Source of the DNA: Octopus vulgaris
Lineage: Eukaryota
Length of the DNA: 64,000 nt
Reading direction: 5' to 3'
NCBI GenBank assembly: GCA_951406725.2
Contig: OX597819.1
Coordinates: 46,190,001 to 46,254,000, forward strand
Below are positions 42,337 through 57,334 of this stretch, piece after piece; the stretch's first letter is position 1; each line of letters starts with the position of its first letter. The notes under the pieces are model-generated. The model did no database searches. It was given only the letters and a program-made list of their open reading frames with translations, and was not told where the DNA came from. The position numbers and the translations under genes are program-made.

Positions 42337-42387
42337 TTTGTCAAAATATTTTCGTCGCTATAAGACCGCGATTTGTTCACTGACAAA
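42337..42387 (-). ncRNA. Hammerhead variant with G3:C8 core
   Basis: Reverse complement TTTGTCA-GTGAACA-AA-TCGC ggtcttata GCGA-C-GAAA-ATAT-TT-TGACAAA; 7-bp stem I and palindromic stem III, within a (TA)n-flanked element at 42197-42400. Confidence 0.7.
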
Positions 42388-42844
42388 AATCCGTGCTGCA
42401 TATATATGTTTCTTTATTAGCAACACAGGGCTGAACACTGAGGGGGACAAATTACAAAGTAGAGCTTTTCTTTTTGGGCAGAAAAGAAAAAAGAAAAAGT
42501 GGGTAGCTTTTCGATCAAAAGGGATCGTAAAAAGAGAGAGAAAAAAACGATCAATAGAGATCGTGTTTCACAGAAATGTCATGATGTAAAGTGTAAAGGG
42601 GGTAGCAGATAAGGTTTATATATATTGTTGTATTTTGGGACAGTCGTTAAAGAAATAAAATAACAGTAAGAAACGTTTGAAGAAAAAATATATACTGCGT
42701 GTGGTTATTTGGCAAAAAAATAATAATAATAATAAATAATATTACCATCTCGAAATACAATATCAGTTTCAACACACCATTTTACATCAGGAATTTGGCA
42801 AAAATTATATATATATGTATGAATCGATATAAATATGCATAAAA

Positions 42845-42883
<39 letters not shown>

Positions 42884-42924
42884 TATATATATATATATGT
42901 TTGTATACACCCACATATATACCT

Positions 42925-42963
<39 letters not shown>

Positions 42964-43165
42964 CCTACATATACGCACATACATATTCACACACACATGC
43001 ACGTTCGCATACTCCTGCACATACCCCGCCCCACACTCTCCCCACACACACACAAACAAACAGAGACACGTATACGTATATCTATACACGCCAACACGCA
43101 CACATATACTTGCACATACACATTCGGGCATCTCGTCAGTTTTTCACGCTGTAATTGTTGGCATA

Positions 43166-43278
<113 letters not shown>

Positions 43279-43769
43279 ATATACGACTGCATTGTAAACT
43301 TACGAGTCCGAACTTATATGAACATCAATATCTGCTCACAAGTGTAAAGATATAGAAAGGTATAGTTTAGCCTCTTTAGATAATTCATCTGTTACGTTAG
43401 TTTAAAAGTTATGCTCTGCTGCCTTTTAGTATGCATACTTTAGTGTCTCACAGTTGAGTTCCAAAGGTATCGTGTAGGAACATTTATAAATATATCAGTC
43501 TCTGAGCATAAGCAAGAGAATAAAGCAAATTTTTGCCTCTGTAGTTAATCAGTCTAGTACGTTTTTGTAAAAAGTATACTCTAGTTACTTACAGTTGCGT
43601 TCTGCACGTGTCCTATGCGCACGTACCTGAGTACAAGTAGCGTTCTCATCTGGTCCTTCCTTAATATAGGGTCCATGGTTGCAGTTCATAAAATTTCCAC
43701 TCGGGGGTGGGAGTAAACCGAATTGTTGGGTTTATGGTTTGTATTGGTTAGGTGTAGTTTGCATTGTAC

Positions 43770-44030
43770 TGTGGGAAGAAGTGTTTAGCTCTATGCATGC
43801 ATCTGGGCAATCGTTCAGCAAATCAATTTATAATTCGCTCTTTTTTCAACAATATTGACAGCGATTCGTCGGAATATAGCTGGCCTTTCCGGGATAGTGT
43901 GTTGTAGGGACTCGCGTGTCTAATTATTGACCAGGTCACGTCGTATTTTACTTCCTCTTCCTTGAGTCACCAGATGAAATCAGCCACTGATGTTGCGTGC
44001 CGTTTAAGGATTCTTCGAAAGCTGGCGACG
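43770..44030 (-). pseudogene. Degenerate PLE GIY-YIG C-terminal fragment
   Basis: Reverse-complement translation ASFRRILKRHATSVADFIW*LKEEEVKYDVTWSIIRHASPYNTLSRKGQL..E...LPRCMHRAKHF. Confidence 0.75.
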
Positions 44031-44282
44031 TGATTTCTATATGTATTTTTGAAAATATCAGACGAGGCACCGATATATACGTAAAGACATCCTCTAGTAT
44101 TTACGCTGCACTTGTACACGACATACCCACACATACAGACACATTCCTCCTTCTCTTACACTCTCCTGTCTTAGAAAGAACTTTTTCTTCGCTCATTCCC
44201 TTCCGGTCATTTCAAAATGTAACCACATGTGAATCGTTGGCGATTTTCTTCCTCTGTCTTCCCTTCTTTTGGACTTGCCTCT

Positions 44283-44317
44283 ATTTCTGAAGAAGAGCTT
44301 TGCTCGAAACGTTAAAT
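44283..44317 (+). ncRNA. Minimal hammerhead in a solo PLE terminus (element ~44220-44420)
   Basis: ATTT-CTGAAGA-A-GAGC ttt GCTC-GAAA-CG-TT-AAAT; stem I covaries with the 41001 and 12191 copies. Confidence 0.78.
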
Positions 44318-44413
44318 CCTCTTTCTTTCCTTTCCTGATCGTCTGATAGCACATTACTTCTACCACGTCCTCACGTTGTTGTTTTTTCATGTTTGTTCTT
44401 CTTTGTTTGGATT

Positions 44414-44455
<42 letters not shown>

Positions 44456-44807
44456 CATATATATACAGAGAGGTAGTTAGGTAGATAGATACATACATAC
44501 ATACATACATACATACATACATACATACATACATACATACATACATACATACATACATACATGCATACATACATACGTATTACGTCGGACTTTCAAACGT
44601 GTTCCGTCTAGTCTACAAAAAATTTCACTCTCAATCGTAAGTAGGCGCGGTATTATTTTAGAAATTATACTTTCCCAAGGGACGCGCAGTGGGACTGAAC
44701 CCGCTACCTCATAGTTGCAAAGCAGGTTTCTTAACGAGACAGTCATGCTTGGATCTATATTTGTATAATAGTGGCATCACCCATGTAATTGCCGATTATA
44801 TACATAT

Positions 44808-44940
44808 CCACTGGGATATGGCATAGTGGTTGAGAGTGCAGGCTACTAACCCCAAGATTCCGAGTTCGATTCCAGGCAGAATAATAATAATATAAGAAAA
44901 AATACCTTAGGGATGAGAACCCAGGATTGAAATTTCCACT
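44808..44940 (+). mobile_element. tRNA-like SINE head (not a functional tRNA)
   Basis: A-box TGGCATAGTGG and B-box GAGTTCGATTCC; no complete acceptor stem is visible. Confidence 0.55.
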
Positions 44941-45001
44941 TTCTATATATATCAACAAATGTCATTTCCCACGTGGTATACTTCTTTAATAAGTATTTAT
45001 A

Positions 45002-45520
45002 GGCGCAGGAGTGGCTGTGTGGTAAGTAGCTTGCTAACCAACCACATGGTTTCGGGTTCAGTCCAACTGCGTGGCATCTTGGGCAAGTGTCTTCTGCTAT
45101 AGCCCCGGGCCGACCAATGCCTTGTGAGTGGATTTGGTAGACCACATGGTTCCGGGTTCAGTCCCACTGCGTGGCATCTTGGGCAAGTGTCTTCTGCTAT
45201 AGCCCCGGGCCGACCAATGCCTTGTGAGTGGATTTGGTAGACGGAAACTGAAAGAAGCCTGTCGTATATATGTATATATATGTGTGTGTGTGTGTGTATG
45301 TGTTTGTGTGTCTGTGTTTGTCCCCCTAGCATTGCTTGACAACCGATGCTGGTGTGTTTACGTCCCCGTCACTTAGCGGTTCGGCAAAAGAGACCGATAG
45401 AGTAAGTACTGGGCTTACAAAGAATAAGTCCCGGGGTCGATTTGCTTGACTAAAAGGCGATGCTCCAGCATGGCCGCAGTCAAATGACTGAAACAAGTAA
45501 AAGAGTAAAAGAGTAAAGAG
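45002..45520 (+). mobile_element. tRNA-derived CORE-like SINE with a 100-bp internal tandem duplication
   Basis: Head ggcgcaggagtggctgtgtggtaag, CORE-like cttgggcaagtgtcttct, 45041-45140 duplicated at 45141-45240, tail gactgaaacaagtaaaagag. Confidence 0.88.
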
Positions 45521-46125
45521 TATATCCGTCAGCGTTAAACTTAGAAAAATGAACAATATAAAAGGTGGTGCCACAGCATGGCCGCAGTCAAAGGACTGAA
45601 ACAAGTAAAAGAACAATAAAAGCATTCATGAATTATCGTATTGATATTTGATGAAAGTAAAGCTTCTTGGTTCAAATTTAGCTCGTTCTTAGGCTGCTTT
45701 ATATAATAGGAAGTACAATGCTACAGAGATATATTTTCTCTGCTATTGCTTGGAGTCTCTTCACTTCTGCATTGTAAATCTAATATGATATCCAAGCGCA
45801 AAGAAAAGGTGCTGTCCCATTTTCTCAGTCAAGCAGACAGAAAAGAGGGGGAAAAAAACGTTCCCTCATCAGACATGTTGAAATAGCAATATTGTACATG
45901 TTTCTCACAACGTTTTCCACTACGTCTGCAGATATTAAATACTCTGCATATGAATCGTACATGGGTATGCGTATGCCTCTGCATGTGTGAGAGTGTGTAA
46001 CTATAGATATATATATATATACATATGTATATATATATAAATACACACACACATACATATATATGCATATATATATTCATATACATACATAGAGAGAGAT
46101 GTATATACGTTCATTTATATATTTG

Positions 46126-46156
<31 letters not shown>

Positions 46157-46189
46157 ATATATATATATTTAATATACATATACATATAA

Positions 46190-46220
<31 letters not shown>

Positions 46221-46441
46221 CGTATTTATATATATATATATATATATGAAGGTGTGTGTATATATACATATATACACGTGCACGCGCACAGACACAGGTA
46301 CACGCACACGTATATATGTCTATATGCATGTATAATACAATAAACACAGTATGAGACCGATGTGGACCAGTAATTTGTTATAAAGAGAAAAAGGGGAAAA
46401 GAAAAGAAAAGAAAAGAAAAACCAATGAAAAAATAACTTCC

Positions 46442-46513
<72 letters not shown>

Positions 46514-46892
46514 ATATATATATTGTTGTCTGGGTACGCATGCGTGCTTTTGTGTCTATGCTGGAAGTGTGTGTGTTTCTATGTTTCTGTTCCTATGGAT
46601 GACTGGGTTACTTCTTTTTTTCTGTGTCAGTAAACAAAATGGCAACAAGAACAAAATAGCTGGACACGTGTAATATTGTACAACTTCCTGACTTGCACAT
46701 TACTTGTATACCCCCGGATTTTTTTTTATATTGATCTTAATTAACTAAATAGCTGTCGAAGGGCATCAACATGTGTGTATGTGTGAATGTGTTTGTCAGT
46801 CTCTCCCTCTGCTTGTGTGTCTATCTAGCTAGCTAGCTATACGCATATTTATATGTAAGTGTATGTATATGTATATATATGTGCGTGTGCAT

Positions 46893-46923
<31 letters not shown>

Positions 46924-47103
46924 GACCGGAGTAAACACATAAATGTGAAACAAGGTGGAAAAAGAGTACTCAAATACCAGTGGTAGAGTAATATGCTTTA
47001 TTTTAAGCAGCAGAAAATTCAACAAAATCTGTTATGATCATCAGACAGTTTTTGCTACTGTCTGATGAACGGCAAAAACTATATTTATATATATTTTCTG
47101 TAA

Positions 47104-47191
<88 letters not shown>

Positions 47192-47377
47192 GTGTATATA
47201 TATGTATGAATATATATATATATATATATATATCTAGGTAGATAGATAGATAGATAGATATAAACATATATATATATATATATATACATATATATGTATA
47301 TATGTATATTATATCTACGTAAAAATGTATATATATATATGTGTGTGTATGTGTATTAATATAATGATTTATATTCA

Positions 47378-47408
<31 letters not shown>

Positions 47409-47979
47409 TTATACACACGCATATGTATATAATACATATACAAACAGACATACCTTCATATAGACAGACAGGCAGACAAGCAGACAGACAGGCAGTAAGC
47501 AAACATACGTAAACGCTTGCGTACATAGATGCATATGCTTATGTATGAATACGTATGCGTGGGTTCGAGTTACCGTTGATACCATTGATATGCTTTCTAT
47601 TAATTAGTGCGTTCATTTAATCTTTAAATGTAACTCCGTCTTCTTTTATAAAGAAACTCGTAGAAGGAAAGGCAGAGTAAGTAACTGCCTGAGTAACCAA
47701 CAGAGTGGAAATGATTAAGAGAAATACGTGGATGGAGTGTGATACATACATATGTGTGTGTACGTACTCACATACACACACACACACATATATATATATA
47801 CACATATATATATATATACATATATATATATGTGTATATAAGTACATATATATATGTGTTTATAAGTATGCATGTATACACATATACATATGTACATATA
47901 TATATATATATGTGTATATATATATATATGCATATATATGTATATATATACATATACATACACATACATATATATATAC

Positions 47980-48061
<82 letters not shown>

Positions 48062-48120
48062 ATATATATATATACATATATACACACACACATATATATA
48101 TATATATACATATACATATA

Positions 48121-48160
<40 letters not shown>

Positions 48161-48999
48161 TCTATATATATATACATACACATATATTTATATATATATG
48201 CATGCACATACACACACAATGTCGTTGTGGATTTGTGAATGAGTGTGTGCATAGAAGGAGAGGGACCTGCAAAAAAGTAAAGTGAAAGAGAAGTAGAGAG
48301 AGAGGTACCGAAGTACTATTTCTGTCCTTCTGTACGAATGTATTAGATGAATATATTAGAGGAAAGGGAAATAAATAGAAGCGGCTGAGAGTGTCTGGTT
48401 ACATGTTTATGATTAGTTACACGATTGTAATCACTATACTGATCATTGATTTTAATGCTTACTTGACATTCTCACGTCTGTGCGTAATAATCTCACCGTT
48501 ATCGACGCCATTACTCGTCTCCTTCTCCCTCCAATGGCAACAGCTTTAACTGCAACCAGGTCTACTGTTATTATTATTATTATTAGCAGCGCCACCATCA
48601 ATGTAATCGTTAGAACGTTCAGTGTTACCAACGTGGAGCTCGTTTTAAACAGAGCAGCAGTCAAATTTCAATTATTATCCCGACTTATGTTTTAAAACAA
48701 AAGCTGAATTGGCTATGGCTGGAAGGCCGGTGTCTAGAAAGAGATCTTTTAATCTGGGGTTGATTTGGGGATTCGTATAAAGCCGCAATGTTTACATTAG
48801 TTGTAAAATACATTCAGAGCGAAAAAATCTATAGGTTTGTTTCATAATACGTGATAGCAATGAAATACTGTTAACACACCAGTAATTAAATGTTCGAAAC
48901 GGCTGTTAAGAATGTATTAAATACGTATATAGATTTATCCAGTTTACTTTAGCCACAAATATCTGTGGGTATATAAGCAACATGTTTCAGGAGAGCACA

Positions 49000-49051
49000 C
49001 AGCTGCTGACGAAACTATCGATAGATTTGAAACATACAGCATGTACAGTTG
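49000..49051 (+). ncRNA. Type I hammerhead ribozyme
   Basis: CAGCTG-CTGACGA-AACTATCGATAGATTT-GAAA-CAT acagc ATG-TA-CAGTTG; full stem III and GUA triplet. Confidence 0.72.
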
Positions 49052-49379
49052 CTCGTTCTTTAGTTGTCCACGAAGATATTGTGTAAATGTTTCAGATCAT
49101 TTTCTCTGGTGTGGCATATCAATATTTCCATATGGATTTTTATTTGAAAATTCCACGAGTATTTTTCATATTATGAGTGAATATGCACCCCACATCACAT
49201 TAATTGCATGAATTTTTATGTTAGGTCTATTCTTTCTAGGAACTGCATAATTATTTATTGGCTACGACTTCACACTTTAAACACAGATAGTGTCATAATG
49301 TATGTATACGAATGCATGTATTTAAGTAGTTCGTATCATGCATGTGTCATCCACCATAATCTAGGTATCATCTCTGTGT

Positions 49380-49735
49380 TCAAGACTCTCCATACCCCGC
49401 TATGTTGTGCTGCTTGCCTGCAATCAGCCAGGCTCTTTTTCTTGTCCAGTTTTTGATATCTTCAGTCCACAAATATCTTTGACGGCCTCTTGTTCTCTTC
49501 CCCTTCACTCTTCCAGTTTGGATAGTCTAGGGCAGTGACTTTTGTGGCATTCAATGTCCAAATTATGATAGCTATGAGGACAAACATCTTTAGACTTCCA
49601 GCTTTTCTAGTACTGCGACACTCGTTATTATATGTCTAATTTTCCTGCCCAATCTACGAATGATCCACCCCTCAAAGGATTCTATCTTTTTCTCCATAGA
49701 AGTGCGCATTATCTCAGTTTCTGTCCCATAAAAGA
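49380..49735 (-). pseudogene. RTE-clade LINE ORF2 C-terminal relic
   Basis: Reverse-complement translation TIQTGRVKGKRTRGRQRYLWTEDIKNWT. Confidence 0.75.
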
Positions 49736-50402
49736 CATATGTGTGTATGTGCATGCGTGTGTGTGATGTGTGTGTTTGTATAAGTGTGTGCGTTTGTGTG
49801 TGTATGTGTATGTCATTATTCAGTTATATTTCGAGAGTTCTTGCCAATAGAGGAAGAGCCGGTTCCTAACTTCATTCGAATTACAACATCAACGGGGTAT
49901 TTTTGTATGTACATATATACGCAGGTTTGTATGTTTTGCGTCATGTATTTTCATACCTATACTCACATATCTAGACATGCTCATATATATTTCAATAATA
50001 AACTCCTGGAAAGTTTTACAGATTTTTAGAGTTGCAGTCATGGATTGGATTTGTAGTTTTTGAATCAGCTTCCTTCATTCTGGTTTTGAAAAGCCTAATT
50101 TCTCAAGATTGGTATTGTGTTACATATCCCCGTGCCCCAGTATCTATGCATGTATGAATGTATGTATGTATATATGAGTCGAGGTAAAGAGGTGCAAAAC
50201 AGTATTGTAGATAGTGAAACGGAGGAGTGGAAAAAGAAGATTGATAATAATCAGAGGAAGAATAGAATCGGGCATTCATTCAATGATGGAGGAATTTGTG
50301 ATAGAACACGTGTAGTGGTTAGGGTTGTAAAAGAACCAATGTAGATGAAAATAATGACGTACAACAGAAATACAAAAGAGGAAGCGGTGAACGGAAAACA
50401 AA

Positions 50403-50786
50403 TCTCTCTATATATAAACGGCAGTTTGTCTGTGCGTTTTCTGTGTGTCTGTTTTCTCGTACCCTCACTCTGACCACGGCTTTCAACCGATTCTGATGAA
50501 ACTTGACACACACATAGCCCAATGTCATAATTCAAAACTAACGCAGCGAAAATTTTGAAAAGTTCCCCCAGTTCTGAAAAAAATCGATAAATTCGACATG
50601 GGGTCGAGAATCAGAAACCCAAACCACAGACCGTCTAGGGGACGCAACTCCACCTTTTTTAACTCTCAAAAAAAATTTACCATCATTTTTTTTCCATTTT
50701 TTGGCTATTTTTTGGCTATAACCCTCTAAAAATGCTTTATAGTTATTTCCCTTACAAACCTGAGCAACGCCGGGCGATACTGCTAG
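50403..50786 (+). mobile_element. Non-autonomous Helitron (different 5' part, shared 3' end)
   Basis: TC-TCTCTATATATAAA start; 3' ttatttcccttacaaacctgagcaacgccgggcgatactgCTAG. Confidence 0.82.
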
Positions 50787-51598
50787 TAATCAATAAATGG
50801 AGGTAAAATAAAAAGAGAAATATTAGCAGAAGAGATGAAGAATATAAAAGTAAAGAATGAAAGATGAAAAATAAGGAGGGAAGATAGATAATTAGAGAGA
50901 GAGGAAGATGGAGGGAAACTAATATATAGTGAATGATTGAGAATATAGACTCAGGGATATAAATATAACCAGGTGGACGCTAAAATAAAAGTAGGGTCCC
51001 TACCCAGAGTAGGGCGGAAAATTTTTTTTAAATGGTGAAATAGAGTGATTCCGAAGCACCCGCGCGCATACACAGTGAGAGCGAATGAGAGAGAGGGAGA
51101 GAGAGAGTTATTGAGTGAATGAGTGAGTGAGCGAGTGAGTGAAAAAAGTGTGTATATGTGAATATAGGGGACAAAGCGAAAGTGAAAGCTATAAACAGAC
51201 GTAAGTTTTATGAGATAGCATGAGAGTTAGAAAGAAAGTGATACATGAATTTAACGAGAGGTGATAGTTCTAGTCTCTTTGGCAAGACAATGCATAAGAA
51301 AGATAATGATTTAATGCTAAGGTATATAGGATGATATACATACATACATGTTCCACATATATACGTATATATACGTATATATATATATACAAAACAAGAA
51401 AATGGAGAAATACATCGAAATCAAATATCAATTACCAGATAATACTCAATCACATACTTTATTAAACCACCACTTAAGAAACTATAAGGTTAAACATAAT
51501 AATGTAGGGCAAAACAGTGTACATAAAGGAGTGTACATAAGTAGAATATGTACAAGAGAAAATAAATATAAGTACACATAAATATAAATATAGACTAC

Positions 51599-51725
51599 AT
51601 CTTACAGCTGTTTCGGCCATGTAGATAAGTATGTCTCATTTTACTTATATTAGCCATTTATGGTAGGTCAATATGTTGTTGTAAATGAGACATTTACAAA
51701 AATATCCTAAGGCCTCTTCGGAGAT
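51599..51725 (-). ncRNA. Hammerhead motif with ~100-nt stem II region (CCGAAGA core)
   Basis: Reverse complement ATCT-CCGAAGA-GGCC..(internal helix atgtctcattt/aaatgagacat)..GGCC-GAAA-CAGCTG-TA-AGAT. Confidence 0.7.
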
Positions 51726-52655
51726 TATGTGATACAAATCAGATTACATACATACTTATATAGGTGTGGGTACATACCCACAATAAAACATATACATATA
51801 TATATGAGTGCATATACTCATACTCCAATACATATAAATATACATATACATAATGATATAAATAATATAAATTAATAAACATACATATGTTCCACATTCA
51901 ATGCTACAGTTTTTCAACTTAATATTGTGATAATTACAATGTAGAAAAACATTCACAAATTAATACCTAAATGCAGATATACAGAGTCAAGAGTACATCA
52001 TATTAATTCTTATTAATTTCCAAAATGTCATTAATGTTAGCATCATTATCTTTGTCATTATCACTAATGCTATCAATATCATCCTTCATATTATTATTAA
52101 TAACGCTAATACTAGAAAAACAATACATAGATTCCATTATTAGCAATATAGTCACAATAGTACTACAATACCATGCAAAGTGTTAGATATCCGCATATAC
52201 ATACGAAATATGAAGTACCAGCATTCTGTTTACACTACATTAAGATCCACAGGTGCACATATGTAATTTCGAGTTCAAGTTTATAATTTTCCTTGTGACA
52301 TAAATACACTATTACTTTCAGAAATAGTTACGGATCTGCGCTATAATATGACTTGTGGATTTGAATTTAAATAATTGTCTTCCTTACGGTTGGTTTGTTG
52401 AGAACGTTAGATTTCTACTACATCAGGAATGCATGGGAAAACTATACCAACACTTGAAATAGTTACGGATCTGCATTTGCGCTATAATATGATTGCTAAA
52501 ATAATTTTATAAAGAACATGTCAGTACCGGATTTGAATTTAAATTACAATTAAATAATTAAATTTAGAAAAATTAAAAGAAAAGTTTTTTAAAAGAATAT
52601 TTGTATAGTGTTCATTGTCTTTCTACCTGTCTCTGTCTCTCTTGTTTACTATATT

Positions 52656-52709
<54 letters not shown>

Positions 52710-52712
<3 letters not shown>

Positions 52713-53156
52713 TTCAGCAAAAATTTAGATTCCAGATGAATATGGTACTTAATTTAAAGGCACCAGAATGTGGTATGGTATTATCCATATAAATCAAATG
52801 GGGTGATTATAATCAAAATAAGCAACAAGGATATCCAAAGGTAGTGTAGTACAATCGTTTCATGCTACTTCATTTAATTAAAACATGTAAGCATTACATC
52901 AGTTTTAAAATGTAGAGCACTCTTCATCTTACTGATGAAATTCACCTCTCTGTCTATATATCTACTCTCTTTGTAATGTTGGCAATGGAATAAGTATAGA
53001 AATGAACATTGTCAATTTAATTCTAAAATCCCATATGTGGCTGAAGAGTGTTCTACATTTTAAAACTGGTGTAATACTTAAATGTTTTAATTAAATGAAG
53101 CAGCATGAAACGATTGTGCTACACTGCGTTTGGATATCCTTGTTGCTCATTTTTAT

Positions 53157-53160
<4 letters not shown>
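52710..53160. mobile_element. (TA)n-flanked element with inverted arms carrying a long-stem-II HHR (53036-53123, +)
   Basis: Arms ~52806-52928 and ~53042-53158; TGTGG-CTGAAGA-GTGTT..AGCAT-GAAA-CGATTG-TG-CTACA; the inverted copy has a GUA triplet. Confidence 0.72.
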
Positions 53161-53202
<42 letters not shown>

Positions 53203-54087
53203 TGTATGTATGTATGTATGTATGTATGTATGTATGTATGTATGCATGAATGTATGTATATGTACGTATGTATGTATGTATATGTACGTATGTATATGTA
53301 CGTATGTATGTATATATATTTATTTGGAATGCAAGGATTCGTGAATGAGTAACGACAACGACGTCTACAAAGGTGTCGACAATGCCGCTGTTGCTGCTAT
53401 TACTGGGGGTGATGTGATGATGATGATGATGATGAGGAGGAGGAGGAGGAGGAGGAGGTGGTGGTGGTTCCGGAGGAGGGAGAGGAGGACATCGACGACG
53501 ACGACGGTAGCGGTGGTGGTGATAATTATGATGCCGAAGTTGATCATGATGGTGTCCATGATAATGATGAAGGTGATCATCATGACGGTGGTGGGAGTAG
53601 GGGTTGTAGTGGTGGTGGTGGTGGTGGTGGTGGTGGTGGTGGTGGTGGTGGTGATGGTGGTGGTGACGGTGTCAGTAATGTTAGTAGAGATAATTTTGAT
53701 GACGATAATGATGCCATTATTGTCGTTTTGTTTTTTTTATATTTTTCTTAGTACTGCAGAAGATGATGGTGGTGGGGATGAGGAAGGGGATGATGAGCAA
53801 GAAGGAAAAGAAAAGATGATGATGAGAGACAGAAAAGAAAGGGTGTTTGAGAAGAGAAAAAATTATAACATTGGCGCCAATCACACAGTTACTAAAACAA
53901 CAACAGAAACAGCAACAAAAAAATTTTAAATTTCAAAATCAATGATTACCTTTTTATTTTGTTCTTGAGTGGTTTTTTTTTTTGTGTGTGTGTGTGTGTG
54001 TGTTTCTTTCATCGTCTATTTATATTTCAGTTTTCTTTTTTGTTTTACATTTCGTTCTATCATTAAAAGTATTTTTCTTGTAAACAG

Positions 54088-54178
54088 CATTTCCGCTTCC
54101 TGTTGGAGTTTCCTATAACTTTATCCTAATTTAGTCTTGGGATGGTGCAGTGAAGTAATTTCCTGTTGTAGTCTCCAG
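54088..54178 (+). other. Possible 91-nt non-coding (UTR/lncRNA) exon
   Basis: Acceptor tttttcttgtaaacAG and donor CAG|GTAAGC; stops in all three frames. Confidence 0.3.
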
Positions 54179-54542
54179 GTAAGCATGGAGCATAAGATGC
54201 ACTTTTCGCTGTATTTTTTTTTTATATTACAAGCAAGAACCGAACATGATGTTGTGGCGTTCAGACGTTTCTTAAGTGTGTTGCAATTGTCATTTACTTC
54301 CCTCCAGTAATTATCTCCCTAACACGAGGAAGATTATACAAAGCTTCAACTTCAAACATAAACGAAACACGTCGATATTATTTTAATATAGTTATTCTTT
54401 TATCCTTTTACTTCTTTCAGTCATTTGTCTGCGGCCATGCCTAATATTTATTCTATCGGTGACTTATACCGAACTGCTAGGTTACGTGAGCATTAGTCTC
54501 GATTGTCAGGCGATAGCGGGGGAAGATACACACAGACATATG

Positions 54543-54609
<67 letters not shown>

Positions 54610-54612
<3 letters not shown>

Positions 54613-54815
54613 TAATCCAAACGTGAAAACCCAAAAAGAAAACACAACAACGTGAGGACGTGGAACAAGTATAGTATTATTGGACGCTCAGGAAAGAAGG
54701 GAAGAAGGAGGGTTTAACTTTTCGAGCGGAGCGTTTCGTCAGAAACATAGGAAAAGGAAAGATCCAAAGAAGGGAAGACGGAGGGAAAAATCGCCTACGG
54801 TACACACACGGTCAC
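54610..54815 (-). mobile_element. Solo PLE terminal segment with minimal HHR (54712-54746)
   Basis: Reverse-complement match to 40930-41135; GTTT-CTGACGA-AACGC tcc GCTC-GAAA-AG-TT-AAAC. Confidence 0.75.
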
Positions 54816-54826
54816 AGACACACACA

Positions 54827-54929
<103 letters not shown>

Positions 54930-55025
54930 CTACTTCTGAAGTCATTCACTCGTGAATTTCATCTCACACAACATGGACAAAATTTCTTCTTAAGAAAAAA
55001 TATATATTCAAATAAATAAAACATA

Positions 55026-55060
55026 ATATCATGAATAGCGATAGCGAAACCGGTCGATAT
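55026..55060 (+). ncRNA. Compact 35-nt hammerhead variant with A3:U8 core
   Basis: ATATC-ATGAATA-GC gata GC-GAAA-CCGG-TC-GATAT, inside a (TA)n-flanked insert at 54925-55105. Confidence 0.65.
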
Positions 55061-55101
55061 ATTAAAAATTATATTAAAACCATGTAAGTGTGCGTATTTT
55101 C

Positions 55102-55157
<56 letters not shown>

Positions 55158-55174
55158 TATAAATCGGTAAGACA

Positions 55175-55227
<53 letters not shown>

Positions 55228-55843
55228 GGAGATAGAGAGAGAGAAAGGGAGAGAGAGAGAGAATTGCATTGTAGTAAAATATAACACTACAGTACTGCAG
55301 AGCTCATATGGATTTCACGATGTATATTCTTGTGCTCTACAAATTTGCTTCATACAGCAACAACACAAATCACACACGCATACACGAACGTATGTAATGT
55401 ATATAAATATATGGCTGGTAGCAAATAGACTATCTGTACAAATTATAGCTGCGTATGAAGAAGACGCCTCGATATATTCTTAAGAAACTTTAAAAGTTTT
55501 ACATTTTTAATACTAATATCTATTATACTCCATGAAGATAATGGCACTTCAGATCTTACGTTTTTATACTCGTGCTTACATGCTCATTCTTTGTTACCCA
55601 TTCTCTCTCTCTTATTCTGTCTCTTCTGTCTTTCTCTGTCTCTGTCTGTCTGTCTGTCTGTCTGTCTTTCTCTCTCTCTCTTTCTTTATATAGATAGAAA
55701 GATAGATAATGTACGCATGTATGTGTGTGCGCGTGTGTGTGTGTGTGCGTGTGTATGCCTATTTTGTTGTGAGTTTAAGGATAGCCATCATTTGCGTACG
55801 TCCCTGTCTTCCTGTTCGTCTGTCTGTCGACGGTATATATGCT

Positions 55844-56252
55844 CTTTACTCTCTTTTATTTGTTTCAGTCATTTGACTGTAACCATGCTGGAGCACCGCC
55901 TTTAGTCGATCAAAATCGACAACAGGACTTATTCTTTGTAAGCCTAGTACTTATTCTATCAGTTCTTTTGCCGAACCGCTAAGTTACGGAGGACGTAAAC
56001 ACACCAGCATCGGTTGTGAAGCGATGTTGGGGGACAAAAACAGACACACAAACACACACACATACACACACACGCATAGACATATATACGACTGGCTTCT
56101 TTTCAGTTTCCGTCTACCAAATCCACTCACAAGGTTTTGGTTGGCCTGAGGCTATAGTAGAAGACACTTGCCCAAGGTGCCACGCAGTGGGACTGAATCC
56201 GGAACCGTGTGGTTGGTGAGCAAGCTACTTACCACACAGCCACTCCTGCGCC
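55844..56252 (-). mobile_element. tRNA-derived CORE-like SINE, full length
   Basis: Reverse complement of the 45002 family. Confidence 0.88.
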
Positions 56253-57334
56253 TATGCATATTTTAACAAATTCCATTTTTTACGACAGCTGTCTTCATAA
56301 CATTGAAACTAAGGGAAATATGTGCATATTCATCTGCATATACTAATGTACTCACACACACACACGTACACACACGCACACACACACACACACACAATTA
56401 TGCATGTACACATACTTACACAAACATGCACACATATATACGCCACATGTGAATGCTTCGGCATGCAGATAATAAAACAGAAATACAGAAATTGAAATGA
56501 AGCGCGTATACCACATGCACGCACACACACACACTTACACATACAGACGCACCTCACACTCACACACATGTGTGCAAATATAAATACGCGCGCCTGCGCA
56601 CACGCACACGCACACACGCATACACACATACACACATACTTACACACACAAACACACACACACAGACGCATACACACAAACACACATAAACACACACACA
56701 CACTCAAACGCACACACGCATACACACATACACACATGCACACATAAACACACAAACACGCGCACATGCACACCCGCAAGCAAACACAAATGCGCACACA
56801 CACACGCACACGCACACACACACGTGTGCGCAAATACACACAAACGCTCGAACACACGCACACACATACAGATACACACATGCACACAGACACAAACACA
56901 TGCTCGCGCGCACACGCACACACAAACTACACACATGCGCATACGCAAACACGTACACACAAACACACACATGCGCATACGCAAACACGTACAAACACAA
57001 ACAAACACACACACGCACACGCACACATGCACACACGCAAGCAAACACACAAGCCCACACACAACCACACGCACGCACACAAATAGACAGGCACATACGC
57101 ACACACGTGTCCGCATACACACACGTGTCTGCATGCACACACGTACGACAGACATATGTATTCATGCACAATAGCAAAATTGCTGATATGAAGTCTTTTG
57201 GAACATTGGAAATCGTAAGAGAGAATATTTTCGATTTTCAAATCTGGTGAATTAGAGACATTTCATATCGACTGTCCCATTATTAAAGGTGCGAGTAATT
57301 TACAGACCGGGGCGGCGGTGAGGCACAACAACGA

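Noticed and set aside
44808-44880. tRNA gene
   Set aside because: A and B boxes are present but there is no proper cloverleaf or acceptor stem; better explained as a SINE head.
52933-53013. Second CTGATGA...GAAA-TG aa CA-TT inside the 52710 element
   Set aside because: Stems I and II are not convincingly paired.
53345-53929. 194-aa ORF with poly-M/R/V runs
   Set aside because: Compound (GAT)/(GGA)/(GGT) trinucleotide repeats.
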